DNA of 64,000 bases from the NCBI RefSeq assembly GCF_001194135.2, contig NC_068983.1:116670577-116734576 (forward strand), in the 5' to 3' direction. Positions 1-13,476 of this stretch are shown here, in pieces. A model generated the notes under the pieces. The model was not told the DNA's origin. It did not search any database and worked only from the letters and a program-made list of their open reading frames with translations. Numbering within the stretch: the first letter of the stretch is position 1; every line of letters begins with the position of its first letter. Position numbers and translations under genes: made by a program. Source of the stretch: Octopus bimaculoides (Eukaryota).

Positions 1-39
<39 letters not shown>

Positions 40-63
40 GACACACACACGCACACATATACT

Positions 64-280
64 CTTTTACGCTTGTTTCAGTCATTTGACTGTGGCCATG
101 CTGGAGCACCACCTTTTGTAGAGCAAATCAACCCCAGGACTTATTCTTTTTAAGCCTAGTACTTATTCAATCGGTCCCTTTTGCCGAACCGTTAAGTTAC
201 GGGGACGTAAACACACCAGCATCGGTTGTCAAGCGATGTTGGGGGGACAAACAGACACACAAACACACACACACACACTT

Positions 281-371
<91 letters not shown>

Positions 372-511
372 CACGATGGGCTCCTTTCAGTTTTCGTCTA
401 CCAAATCCACTCACAAGGCACTCACTTGTCCAAGGTGCCACGCAGTGGGACTGAACCCGGAACTATGTGGTTCGTAAGCAAGCTACTTACCATACAACCA
501 CTCCTGCGCCT
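64..511 (-). mobile_element. tRNA-derived SINE (family B) with internal (AT)n/(CA)n microsatellite
   Basis: Minus strand reads GGCGCAGGAGTGGTTGTATGGTAAG...GGGTTCAGTCCC (A/B-box-like head), body, microsatellite, then tail ...TGACTGAAACAAGCGTAAAAG. Related copies occur at about 11680, 36590, 53054, 54970 and 63720. Confidence 0.85.
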
Positions 512-3500
512 ATACACAAACATATATATGTATATATTTATATGTATGTATATGTATAGGTATGTGTGAGCGTGCGTTTATATGTGTGTTTATTAGCGAA
601 AGATATTCACATTATCGGATAACTATCACCCATGAATCGATGCGTCGGATAAAGATATGGCAGTTATCCACCCGAGGTATATTGAAAACCTGTCACTTTC
701 GCCATTTGAGAAGTTAGTCTGGTCGAGCTCAATATTCGCAATTGTACGATATAAATAAGCATGAATAGTCAGAACATTTACAAAATACTGCTTCTTATTC
801 ACATATTCATATTTTCGCATTTGTTTCCCTGCATATATTACACATATTTTCTTTTTAATGCTAATTAGAGGAAGACAAGCAGCACTTTCTTATCAATTTC
901 AGAGTCTTCTTGTGTGGTAAGAGAAAATGAGAAAATTTCTCATGGGCAACAGACATATTCCGGTAAAAGTACGCAAAGGATAGGTGTTGCAAACGTCGTA
1001 TTCATGTACAGCAATTCAGTTTGGTGAAATCTATAGGTTTTCAAGTTATATCCAGAAAATCCTTGAATACACATTATAAGCTACAGAAATTCTGGTTAGT
1101 TTTAAAGAATTATTGAGGCATATAGTCGACATGATGTATCTCTCTTTGCAGCAAGCCGGATAACACAATTGTAATGTTAAGAAATCTTCACTAGATTGGA
1201 GTTTCGTTTAAATGGTACAATTTACAGACTTGTTGGTTTGCTTTAAATAGCATTTTGAAATCAAGAAACCATAAATAACTCTTTGACAGATACCAAACTA
1301 CGCCTCTCCTGATTACAAATTAAAACTGCTATTGTTTGTAGGTATGTGTGTTATGAATAGACAATCTGAGTATGAATGTATGTGTGAGTCGCTACTTGCT
1401 TGCTCAATGAATTGTGATTCATAACATTTACTAACTCAGCCAAAGCTTACCAATCCTGTAGAAGACTGACTAGTAAATGTAACATGCGAGAGTTTACTAA
1501 ATTATATTCTGTGGTGCGCCTTGTAAAATTCACTTAATTTTAAGGTACATTCTATCACGAAATATATAACTTGTTGTAAATATGATCCTTATTCTAGAAG
1601 AACTTTAACAGCAAATGCGTGTGCGTGTTTTTTTTTATATAATCATTGAAGCTTTCTTATGGATAAATCAAAGGCATTCCTAATTATAAAGGGGAAACGA
1701 AGTTAATACAGCTTCATCACACAAGTTCCTTCACTCAGTAAATGAAGACGTTCAATTGCTTAAATAATGATATTTATTGATATATCCAGAAGAACATATT
1801 TACTATACGTGTGGATTTCACCGACGATTACATTATACAAGAAATTGCATTGATGTATCGTACAAATGAAATAACCTTTAACTTCACTCATATTCTAATT
1901 CAATTTTTTCCACATCAGTATTTAAAAATGAAATACTCTCATGTACTTGTGTATTCCTCCACACAGGCACTGCTTTTTAACGGATTCAATATGCAAATTT
2001 CTGGCCTTACAGATACCAAAATATTTATCTGCAAAGCCGGAGATTTATATTTGTTTCAACGTTTCAAGTGAATTAAACAGCGATTCACATTTTAATAATG
2101 CTTTTGACGCACCGAATATCCAACTTTTCTTTTGCTGTTCTTAGTTGTTATTAGAGTCATACGACTTTCTAGAATAATATGCAGATTGCCTTGAAATTAT
2201 TTATGATCCAATTAATATATCCAGTGTGACAACTTACGATCTGATTCAGAGAAGATTTTAATCTAAGTTACAAAGCTTCAATACGTCAATATTGGAATAA
2301 TTTTAAAACTTCAGGGTTTCTGTTATTGAAGTAATAAACAGTATATCATTAATATAGAACATGAAAAACTGTCATGGTATCTACTGCAATCTATTTTAAC
2401 AGGTGGTTGAAAGACCACTTAGGGCACCAAGTGAGTTAATGGGAAAGTAATAACTTACGAATGAATTCACTTGCTTTATATTAACTTCAGCATTGACTCT
2501 CCAGAAATAAACTTATTGCATATCTGAGGCGTTCCCAGAGTAATGCAATGCAAACAGGGTAGATGACACATTGTGGAATGAAAAAGCTTATAGTTTTAGA
2601 GAGTTTATCTATTACATAAATATATATGTTCAGATTCCTAGACATTTTTAAAGATAATTTGTTTCAACCGAATACATTTTTCGAATAAACATGGGTACCT
2701 CTTCCCTTCTAAAAATATGAAGTAACTTTCTCTCACTCTATACCTTATTGCTTCATTAGAAATACGCATTCGATAATACAGGCGTAGATCCATATATCTG
2801 AAAAGAAAAGTCAGAATATTCACAGTGAGAATGTTTTTGATTATGTCTGCTTGATCAAGACTATTTTGTGATATTTTGCCCGTATTGTTAACATATATAA
2901 TAAATAAAAAAAAAATACTAGACGCACTTTTCCCAAACCAACTTAAAATAATTGTTATTTGTTTAGTTATATCTATATTTTCACTGTTCCATTTACTTAC
3001 GCAGTATACCAATACGTTTCTGAAGCACTTCATTTGAATTAAGGTGTACGTAATTATACATTTTGATATATCTTCCCCGGATGCCTTTTAGATTCCTATA
3101 TAAACATGAGAGAATGTTTCTTAAGGCGAGTATGGAAATATTTCTGAGCTGATTTCGGTGCATTGTTTACTTCATTAAAATTCTATTTCCGACATTCGGA
3201 TCATTCACAAAGCAATATGTCTTCAATGTGGTAGTTTATTTCATATGCAATTTATTTATAGAGCAGCCTTTTATAAAACAAGCACTGCAGGTTGGCCATT
3301 AAATGTAATGTAGCTGTATTCAATCATTCTCCAATTTATACTTAGGAATACTTTACATAAAAGCAATAATCACGATATTCAGAACAACTGTGAAGATATG
3401 GCCCCAAATGGATCAGCATGTTCATGTAAATAATAAATCCATCCATTCATCAATATACTTATATATATATATATATATATATATTGGCTAAACTGGCAAT

Positions 3501-3516
3501 ATGACCATCCCCAAGT

Positions 3517-3562
<46 letters not shown>

Positions 3563-3658
3563 GCATACATGCAGGTGAGCACATAAGTACAAAATAAGGT
3601 AGAAAGAATAGTACTCGAATACCAAAGGTAGAGTAATATGCTTTTGTTAAAACTGCAA

Positions 3659-3756
3659 AATTATCACAAAACTTACTCTGAGTTTCACTTTTCCGTTCGT
3701 CGGACAGTTCCGACGAACGGGAACATGAAAGTCTGAGTAACAGTTTTGTGATAATT
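3659..3756. repeat. 98-bp palindromic element with two outward-facing minimal hammerhead-like motifs
   Basis: AATTATCACAAAAC...CCGTTCGTCGGA-CAG-TTCCGACGAACGG...GTTTTGTGATAATT. The minus arm reads CTGT-CCGACGA-AC GGAAAA GT-GAAAC-TC A GAG-TA. Confidence 0.7.
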
Positions 3757-5789
3757 ACACACACACACAAACACACAAACACACACACACAAACATACAC
3801 ACACAAACACACACACACACACACACACACATACAAACACACACACACATATAAAGAGAGAAAGAGAGAGAGACGCATAGAGACATGCGTACATATGCAT
3901 AATTTTTATTAGTGATTTAGTGTTAAATTTCTGAAACATTAGATACTAGAGATCACTTCAAGGTAGTGCGAATACTATTCAAACTATTCTCACTTATGTC
4001 AGTAATGTAACTGAAAAGATATGAAAAGAGAAATGAAATGTGATTATATTGCTCTTTTCATCAATATATTATTTCACTATAACTGATAATTTTCTAAAAC
4101 ATTTCGATGCAAGAATTCGGTGTTTAGAGTCAGCAGAGGCAACAATATTATTATGTTTGTTTTACTACATGAAGTTTATTCAAAGTGTGTTTACGAATAA
4201 AAGAAGTTTTCACTTTTCAACCAGTGACTAAATGAAGTGTTGTAAATGTATTCAGAACAATAATGACAATTGACCTATTTTGTTGCTGCTCAAGTAAAAG
4301 TGTTACTTATGTGTTCTATAATATTAATTCAGAAAAGCTGCTTAGAATGGGAATAATATTCTACAGAGACATAGCAAATCAGAAAATCGTTTATGTGTGC
4401 AATAGATTCTTAATATTTTACTTTATTGATTCAGCAATTCCAGTACGACTCAGTACATCAAAATCCCTACACGTAGGTTCTGATTTTAAGTGAGTATTTA
4501 AAGTAGAAACACTGTAATGTGTTTAAACATAGCTCTGGATACTGTAACCTAAAATCGTATCAATAAATAAAAAGCTATAAAAGTAAAGAAATATTATCTA
4601 CAGACTCTGGATAATTGCACGGAATTCTTTTATATTCAACCGTTTATGACTTTATTAACGCACACAGGTCTTCCTGATAAAACGTAAAAAAGCAAGTTCA
4701 TCGATGGTGATTTCTGTCCTTGATATTTTCAAAATTACTAGATTAGAATTGAAGTATAGGATCTGAAGATGTACTAGCTTTTGGTAAGAAACGACCATAT
4801 TCTACAGGATGACCGTAAAATTCTAATCACCACTGCATTTTACATCAAGTAACATACATTAGTTTTGATAAAAATAATTTAGACTTCTAAGTCATTAATG
4901 AGTCAGTTTAAGTAAATTCGATAATGTCAGAGGAACAAGAGAAGACACGCATTCACTCAGGAATAAATGTGAGAGTATTAATAAGCAAACGAAGTTGCAA
5001 AGCAGTTAGTAAATGAGAACAAGTCGAACAGAGGATTTTGTATACCAAGCTTAGATCTTCACATGTAATTATTAGTATATTCGAAAACAATATACTAACG
5101 AAGCGACTGCTACTAAAAAAGATAGATTTTATTGTAGTTTTAAGAGGCAGTTGGAAAGATTGAAAAATGAAAATTGCTGATCTAAGAAACTTTTATCAAA
5201 TGTAGGATTATACTGCAGATACGACTAAATCTCGAATGACAAGAGGAGATAGAAGGAATATCAGCTTAACTTAATGAATCAAAGAAAATTACAAGAATGG
5301 TCATGAAAACAAAGATAACTGAATTAGTGAGACACAAGAGTATCTGATGACCAAGGAAAATATAAAGAATACATAAAAGAAACAATGTGAACAAGTAGAC
5401 TAATTCTACATAATGATGAAGTAGATATTCCCCAAGCTGAACGTGATTTAGGCACTGAAATAGGAGGAACCACACTAGTTAAGATTATAAGGTTATAAAA
5501 CAATTATAAATTACTAGGGGAGTCTCACAGGAAATTGTAACATCTGATGGAATTTCAATTCGAAGATTGGTACTGGAAAACGAGTGCCATTTCCAAAAGA
5601 TTGTAGAAAGGAATTAAAATGCAAATATCTGTGGAGAGAGACCTCTGTTAACTTAATTGCAGAATTATTGCCCTTTTAATTACGTCATAAAGAGTGTCAG
5701 TAGAGAAATTGATGAAGAATTAAACTAATTATTGTCAAGGTGGGATGACTAAATTTTTACAGTAAGGCACAATATAACAAAGGTAAATG

Positions 5790-6680
5790 AAACGAAGTCG
5801 TTATTAAGGATATTTTACTGACTTCCAAAAGGTCGTTTCAAAAATAATGAGAATGAAAATATGGTGGCCAGTGGATGACGTGGGAAGGTACAATCCAGAA
5901 GTATCTCAGCTGGAACGACTATGGCACCTCTGAGAATAATTTTCATCGTCAGATCTATGATCTCCTGCCTTCGAATATGAAGATAGTGAAGTGGGAGAAA
6001 ATCAGATAATCCTGAGTATCTACTGTACTGGTTTAGACAGACAATGGAACACAATGGACCAAGGAAGATAGAAGTGGAGGCACAATCAAGTGCTTAAAGA
6101 GATCGTACAAATGATAAGTACGGCAAAAGTGAAACCAGAAACTCCAACAAGATTTTACACGGGAGAACTCAGAAAATCGTGGCAAGGAAAAGCTATGCAA
6201 AACAGGGCACAAGAGTGGTGTCTTCTGGGTAGTTCAGATGACTGGAAGGGCTCAGCAGACCTCCTAGGATCAACGAAAAAAAACCCAGAACTCGTCAGGA
6301 AGAGTAGCCTGCGGTCGAATATCCAGTTCATCAAAGCAACTAATTTTCAATGAACACACCGCGCTGTTTGAAAATACCACAGAAGAAGCACACGATTCAA
6401 GATCGAAAGATATGACAGTCTGGTTAATAGTTTGAGAGATACCAACTTCCGAGTCAAGATCATCGCCGTAGAGATTGGAACCAAAGGTTTTGTAGGCAAA
6501 TCCGCTTACAGTCTAATGAAACAACTTTCAGTCTTTGGAAAGAACAGGACCAAAGCCCTAATGACGATACCAGAGAAAGCAGAGAGGTGTGCCAGTTGGA
6601 TCTGGTTGAAGAGGAACAAAAAGACCTATGTATCGCTTGAAGGCAATATTTTCGTATTCTAACACTATGGGAAGTAATTC
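5790..6680 (+). mobile_element. Decayed 3' part of a HERO-like (REL endonuclease) non-LTR retrotransposon
   Basis: Fragments KYGGQWMTWEG, YDLLPSN..KW, QGR*KWRHNQVL, FE.TTEEAH and AVEIGTKGF...AERCASWIWLKR match the C-terminal zinc-knuckle/REL region of HERO-type ORFs; stops and frameshifts are present. Confidence 0.75.
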
Positions 6681-7334
6681 TGAGTGATTCATTGTGATAG
6701 CGTTGACGTTTCACTGCTACCGTGACAACCAATGTTATTGCTTCTTTATGTATTAGTTTGAAAGCTGGGTCAATGGTATGAAGTTACAACTAGATGAAAT
6801 TCTAAGCAGTGTAAATGCCCATGACTCTGAATATCCAAGTGGCTAAAATGTATCAGCGGAACAGCAGAAGGGCACCCACGAGTCATAACCTGGATGTAGC
6901 CCAGCCTCCTTTAAGGAGTTGGAAATTGGCTATGAGATGGAGAAACTTTTATGAGGTAGAGCTACCGCAATAAGGTGGAAGTCTGTCTCTCAACACACAC
7001 CAAGCCTAACATTTATCTACTTTTGTTTAGATAAATGCTACTTTATGGACATCGATCTTTGTAGAGTGTTACTATATCTGACACTAAATATTTTGAATAC
7101 AAAGCATTACCCAGAATATTAGGAGTCATGTGGCAATATCATGTGACGAGAGAAATATAAAAGAGGAGGCTGATGTATCACCAATTAGTGATATAACATT
7201 ATAAGATTGTAACGATGGAGATAATTGTGACACAACTATAGAGAAAATATGAGGTCTTGTTTGGTTATATCGAGCTGAACGGAAAATTGGAGAAAAAGGG
7301 CATCGAATGAAACGTGTAAGAATATTCTTTTTTT

Positions 7335-7691
7335 TTCTACAAGGCCCGAAATCTTTGGGGAGGGGGTCAGTCGATTACCAGTACGTAACTGGTACTTAAT
7401 TTCTCGACACCGAAAGGATGAAAGGCAAAGTCAACCTCGGTGGAATTTGAACTCAGAATGTAAAGACAGACGAAATACCGCTAAGCATTTCGCCCGGCGT
7501 GCTAACGTTTCTGCCAGCTCGCCGCCTTCGTGTGTAAGAATATCTATTTCTTTATTGCCCACATGGGGATAAACACAGAGGGGTCAAACAAGGACAGACA
7601 AAGGGATTAAGTCGATTACATCGACCCAAGTGCGTAACTGGTTCTGATTTAATCGCCCGGCGTGCTTAGCGTTTCTGACAGCTCGCCGCCT
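7335..7691 (-). mobile_element. Two adjacent tRNA-derived SINEs (family A)
   Basis: Both carry the head GGCGGCGAGCTG(G/T)CAGAAACG(T/C)TA(A)GCACGCCGGGCGA. The first has B-box-like GAGTTCAAATTCC and CTTTGCCTTTCATCCTTTCG. GTGTAAGAATAT recurs on the flanks and between them. Confidence 0.85.
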
Positions 7692-7859
7692 TCATGTGTA
7701 AGAATATTGCGAAAGGAAGGTGGGTGAAAAATGTTGAGATGATTTCAGAGAGTAAATCAGAGCGTTTATCAAACTTTCGTCGAGATACTGCTTACCATGA
7801 GGGTGCAAAAAAAGGTGGGTGTTAACAGAAGGAATTTATAGCGGAAATTGCATTTACAC

Positions 7860-8080
7860 TAATAATCCTTTCTATTATATGCACAAGAACTGAAATTTTG
7901 TGAGGAAGGGATCAGTTGATTACATCGGAATCAATGCTCAACTAGTACTTATTTCATCGATCGCAAAAGGATCGAAGACAAAGTCAACCTCACTAGAATT
8001 TGGACTCAGAACGTAACAACGGACGAAATGCTGCCGAGTATATTGTCCGGCGTGCTAACGAATCTGCCAACTCGCTGCCT
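7860..8080 (-). mobile_element. SINE family A, diverged copy
   Basis: Recognisable GGCAGCGAGTTGGCAGATTCGTTAGCACGCCGG head and central domain on the minus strand. Confidence 0.75.
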
Positions 8081-9505
8081 TTGCATTGGTACTAACAATA
8101 GTTACTTTCTATCCTAGTATGAAGTAGGCATCTTGCAAGTTTGAGAAAAATACGATAGAGATTCTCGACTTACGTAAAAGCAATAGCAAAAAGAAATGGC
8201 TATGCTCCAAAATAATGTTAAGCAATATAATAATAATTTCGGACTACTAGGCAATAAAGTTTCTTCAATTACAATTTCGTTCACGACTGAGAAGCTTTAC
8301 AGGAATACCGAGCCGTCTCCATTACTTGCGTAGTATTTTATTTTATCGACCTCTAGGGAGCGGAAAACAAAGTTCACTTCCGCCGGATTTACATTCAGAG
8401 CGTAAAGAACAGTAACTAAATGCAGCAGGTCATTCAAACAACTCTGCCAGTCCAACAGAGAATAGGGCTGAAGAGTAAAAATTCGAACTCTGAACAAGAG
8501 TTAGAAGAAAGTTAACGTCCTAATCATAACAACGTTGCATATCCATCAAACATTGCTGGACACAAATTTATTTGATATTCAAATAATTTCAGAATGTATG
8601 TGGTGTAGATAATTAAGTTACATGCTTCTTTCGATAAGTGTCTTCATTTGAGTTTTCTTCTTTAAACGCGTGGAGTTGGAGTTGAAGAGACGAAATCCCA
8701 AACAACAAACTGAATATCTTCTGAACCGTATCTTGATGTGAAATATATGATGTATCGTTGTTGTTGTTGTCAGAAGATACAAAGCAATTCGCTTTATATC
8801 CACAGCCTCGCAACTTAGACTGAACATGGTGATTTATGTTATAGTTATGACATTATTACAAAAAGTTCTAGATGTGTTTCTCTCTCCGATGAACTTTCAA
8901 GAATTACGCCAACTGATATCAATGTAAGTGTAAACTTCACAGATGCATCCATTCAAATAACTATGTTATACGAAATTGCATATTAAATTCACGTATATTG
9001 AAACTAAATATTATCATTATTCAGGGATATTACAGATACAGCGATTGAAAGTCTTTCTGGAAATTTATATTTACTCCATATTTCCTTTCCTAACTTACTC
9101 ATTATTTATTATGATTACTTGTATTTCCATAGCTATCTATCGACTTTGTTTTATAGTTTACACTCACAACAGATGTAGTTCATATCTTTAACACACACAC
9201 ACATACACACAAATACACACACACACACACACATACACATACACACACACAAACACACACGCACAGATGACACATGGCCTAGTGATCAGGGTGTTACCCT
9301 CACGATCGCAAGATGGTGCTTCCCTAGACTTGGTGGTGCATTGTGTATCTGAGCAATGCACTTTATCTCACATTTCTCTAAGATTACTTCGTGCACGTGT
9401 TCAGGCAACGTTGATATGATGGAGAGTGTAAACTAATATATCATACTCACGTTTTGTCACTTTAAATACTGAACATTCATACATCGTCTTCAACAGGAGA
9501 TTCTA

Positions 9506-9578
<73 letters not shown>

Positions 9579-11679
9579 CGATTTATACATGCATATATGT
9601 ATGTATATACCCAGCAGAAATGGGAAGCTGGTAATTTCCTGAATGTATCGGATATGAAGGTTGTGCCTGGAAGAATATCTTTGAACTATTTTCAACCATC
9701 TTTTTATATAATCAATGAGGTGTATAAATACATATCTAACATGAATAGGGACCATAGTTTTTTTTCATTATTGATCAATATATGTTTACTTGTCACATTC
9801 GCATGCTGCATTAATATCGAGAAAATAATGTAATGGAATCAATATTATAAATATATTGAAAATAAATATGGCATGAACATCAACTGAGAGAGCAATTTCA
9901 ATATTTTCAAATTTTCAGAAACAATATCAATAACAATAGCAACTTCAAATAATGTTTCTTTTAAAGAAATATATAGATTTTATCGTTAAATGAAATGATT
10001 ATATTATTTGAAACAACTGATTAAACATGTTTCTGGAATTTTTTAGGTTGGATAACAATTGTAGATAAAAAGGTCAAAACGTTGGTTAGAGTGGATTGAA
10101 TAGAAACTAATGCATATTAGTTATTTTATCGACTCTTGTAAAATTTGAAACGAGGACGTTTTTTATTGTTTAGCCACTGGCTAACCTTTATCAAAAGTAC
10201 TTTCTCGGTGACCAGATACATATGACGGTTACATTAGCTATTGTGCCCTTTCCTCTGGTAAAAGGAAAGAATGCAATTTGAGAGAATTTGGGCTGACACT
10301 TTTGCAGGTCCACTGATTAAATAGAAGTATCTTTATAGTACAGTCAATATGTTATCATTTCTGTCTCTGTACCGTATGTCCTTGGCAAAATAATTACATT
10401 GACAATAAATACTTTCACACGAGAACTAATTTGATTATAAATCTACTTATAAATAATTTCGTTACAAATCTGGGCGTTGTATGCACATATAATATTGCAT
10501 TAAAATGATATTAAGCTGTTACTTTTAATGACTACGGCGAATAAACAGCAAAATAAACCTTACCCGACTTAAAGTTGTGAAAGAAAACTTGAACGTGGTA
10601 TAATATGAAATAAATTGAAATATTTTGTATCATAAGAATTTTGGTCATCCTGACTTTAAAAGCTTGCTATTTTAGGCGTAATACTTTATTTGGACCGTTT
10701 TATGTGTAAAAATGGTACAGCGTATATTTCTAGATATGACTAACTTATTTTACTGCAGTTTCCCCAAATCCTTTTAATGTCAATTCTTAAAAAAGACTGA
10801 ACGACGTTGTTTGAAATGGAAATAAAAAAAGAGAGTTGCAGTTGTTATGTAAATCTCAAAGTAAGTAATATCGACGGCTAAAACATTTGTAATTCTTCAG
10901 AAAATAGAAATTGCAAAAGCATATGAAAATCAGTTTGACTTTTTGACTCACAAGTACGTTATGAATCAATATGATACACTTTTATTATTGATGAGATTTA
11001 TTACAGCTATTTATTCAGCACCAAAATCTCACATTGATTCTTTCGATATCTTACCACCAGACAACTCGTCATAGGAATTGAATCCCGATAAAACATTAAA
11101 TTCAGAAAGCAAATTTTTTTTTGGTATGAACAAATTCCAAACAGATGAAAGAATTGCTTTTAAAATTGCTTCATTCATGGTTGAATGCTTTTTAATCTTT
11201 TGATTTTTCAAAGGATTCAGTGGTAGGAATGGGAGAATAGATCACAAAATAACAACATCGATTATATACTTACGTTTTTCCACATTATTCTTATGTAGAA
11301 ACTGATTTTGAAATAAGTTTATCAATGATTGGCCTTTGACGATCACTTTATTCTTTTTATCACAGAATTAAAATTTCAATTGTCATACGCAAATGTAATA
11401 ACACTTCAAAGACTGCTCTTTTGAGAGAGTGAGTGCATATATGCATATGTGTAGGTGCATGTGTATGTGAGCATACACATGAGTGTATGTGTGTGTTTGT
11501 GTTTTTGCTTTGCGAACATCATTTATATTTCAGCTCCGCTATTTATTGTTCATATATTATTTTCCCTAACTAATAAATCGGCGGATCATATTTTTCACTA
11601 GATTCTAGTATACATATATACACTAGCGGAGATAACCAGCGTGCTTGGGATTAAAATGGTATTGTTTTTTTTATTGTTT

Positions 11680-11862
11680 TACTTTTTTCGGTCATGTGAG
11701 TGCGGCCATGGTGGAGCACCGCCTTTAGTCGGAGAAATCGACTATAAAATTAATTCTTTGTAAGCCTAGTACTTATTCAATCGGTGTGTTTTACCAAAAC
11801 GGCTATGTTACGGGGTCGTAAACACAGCAACATTGGTTGTCAAGCGTTGGTGGGGGTACAAA
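11680..11862 (-). mobile_element. SINE family B, 3' half
   Basis: Homologous to 64-250 (GCGGCCATGGTGGAGCACCGCC...AAGCCTAGTACTTATTCAATCGG...GGTTGTCAAGCG), followed by a long (AT)/(CA) microsatellite. Confidence 0.8.
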
Positions 11863-11978
11863 CACACACACACACGCACACGTATATATATGCATTTATA
11901 TATATATATATATATATACGTACATAGATATATATATATATACATACACACATATACAAATATACATATAGAAATATA

Positions 11979-12028
<50 letters not shown>

Positions 12029-12208
12029 TATATGTAAAAATATGCATATATCCATACATATATGTACATATCTACATCTGTAAGTATACATACATGCATT
12101 ATGTAAGTTTATATACATGCATATATATATATATATATATAAATGTATACGTACATATACATATGTATATACACATATATATGCAAATGTATATATATGC
12201 ATGTATGC

Positions 12209-12243
<35 letters not shown>

Positions 12244-13085
12244 TAATTATATCCCGCTGTCCGTTATTAGGCCGATGTCTCACCCGGAATGTAGTATATA
12301 AATGCATTATCATAACTACATCTAATAATTATATTTACTTCAGTTGTTCGATTAATTTGAAATAGTGCATATGCAGTCACCTGTCGTCTTTTAGACTTAA
12401 TCCTTGTACGTCCTTATCCAGTAAGATTTGGGAATTGAAAGAAAGTGGAATCAGGTTTAGCCTCAAATGGGAAATAATAAGAAAAGCTCTGCATTATAGA
12501 AATAGCAGATATGAGTGTGAGCTTTGCTCTATGGAAACATGAAATTTTTGAGCATAAAGAAAATAGTAATCTAATTTATAATAAATTAGACCTTAGAGTA
12601 TCGTGTATGCATATTTCCACTCGTACTTTTAAACATTTTAGAATGTAGCAATTTATTAATTTTGTGTCTTATAACCTATTATGTACTTCTTAGTTTATAA
12701 TCAGTGCATAGGTAGTATGCCCTATAGCATTAACTTTCCTTTAGTTAATGTTTTTGTTGCAGCCATTATAGATACAAGCTAATTAAGTAAATAAACAATT
12801 TTAGTTTTAGATACTTGAATTATTACATATTTTCTATAAATCTTCTTTATTGAAGTTACTAAGTCGTATAATACTTCTTCATGATTTTAGCGATTAGGCT
12901 ATTTTATATCCTTTTCTATGGTGTTTTCTGACCATTTTAATATCTTATAATTACCTCTAGACAATCCTAAATTTTTGTACCCCTATAAATTTATCCTTAG
13001 CTTATCCTGTGCATCACTAAAACTGGAGAACACACACACATTCTCAGTTTTCTAGTATGTAGATATATTATATATATATATTATA

Positions 13086-13126
<41 letters not shown>

Positions 13127-13425
13127 NNNNNNNNNNNNNNNNNNNNNNNNNNNNNNNNNNNNNNNNNNNNNNNNNNNNNNNNNNNNNNNNNNNNNNNNNN
13201 NNNNNNNNNNNNNNNNNNNNNNNNNNNNNNNNNNNNNNNNNNNNNNNNNNNNNNNNNNNNNNNNNNNNNNNNNNNNNNNNNNNNNNNNNNNNNNNNNNNN
13301 NNNNNNNNNNNNNNNNNNNNNNNNNNNNNNNNNNNNNNNNNNNNNNNNNNNNNNNNNNNNNNNNNNNNNNNNNNNNNNNNNNNNNNNNNNNNNNNNNNNN
13401 NNNNNNNNNNNNNNNNNNNNNNNNN

Positions 13426-13476
<51 letters not shown>

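Noticed and set aside
226-477. Many ORFs with IY/TH/CV/poly-X repeats throughout the ORF track
   Set aside because: They are translations of microsatellites and N gaps, not genes.
480-511. SINE heads as functional tRNA genes
   Set aside because: Only A/B-box-like remnants are present, without a full cloverleaf, and they continue into SINE bodies.
626-830. Minus-strand ORF ...FSIYLGWITAIS..., faintly claudin/PMP22-like
   Set aside because: No recognisable family motif beyond a few residues and no supporting neighbouring exons.
2638-3033. 131-aa minus-strand ORF
   Set aside because: AT-rich, with no recognisable domain and no convincing splice context; compatible with chance.
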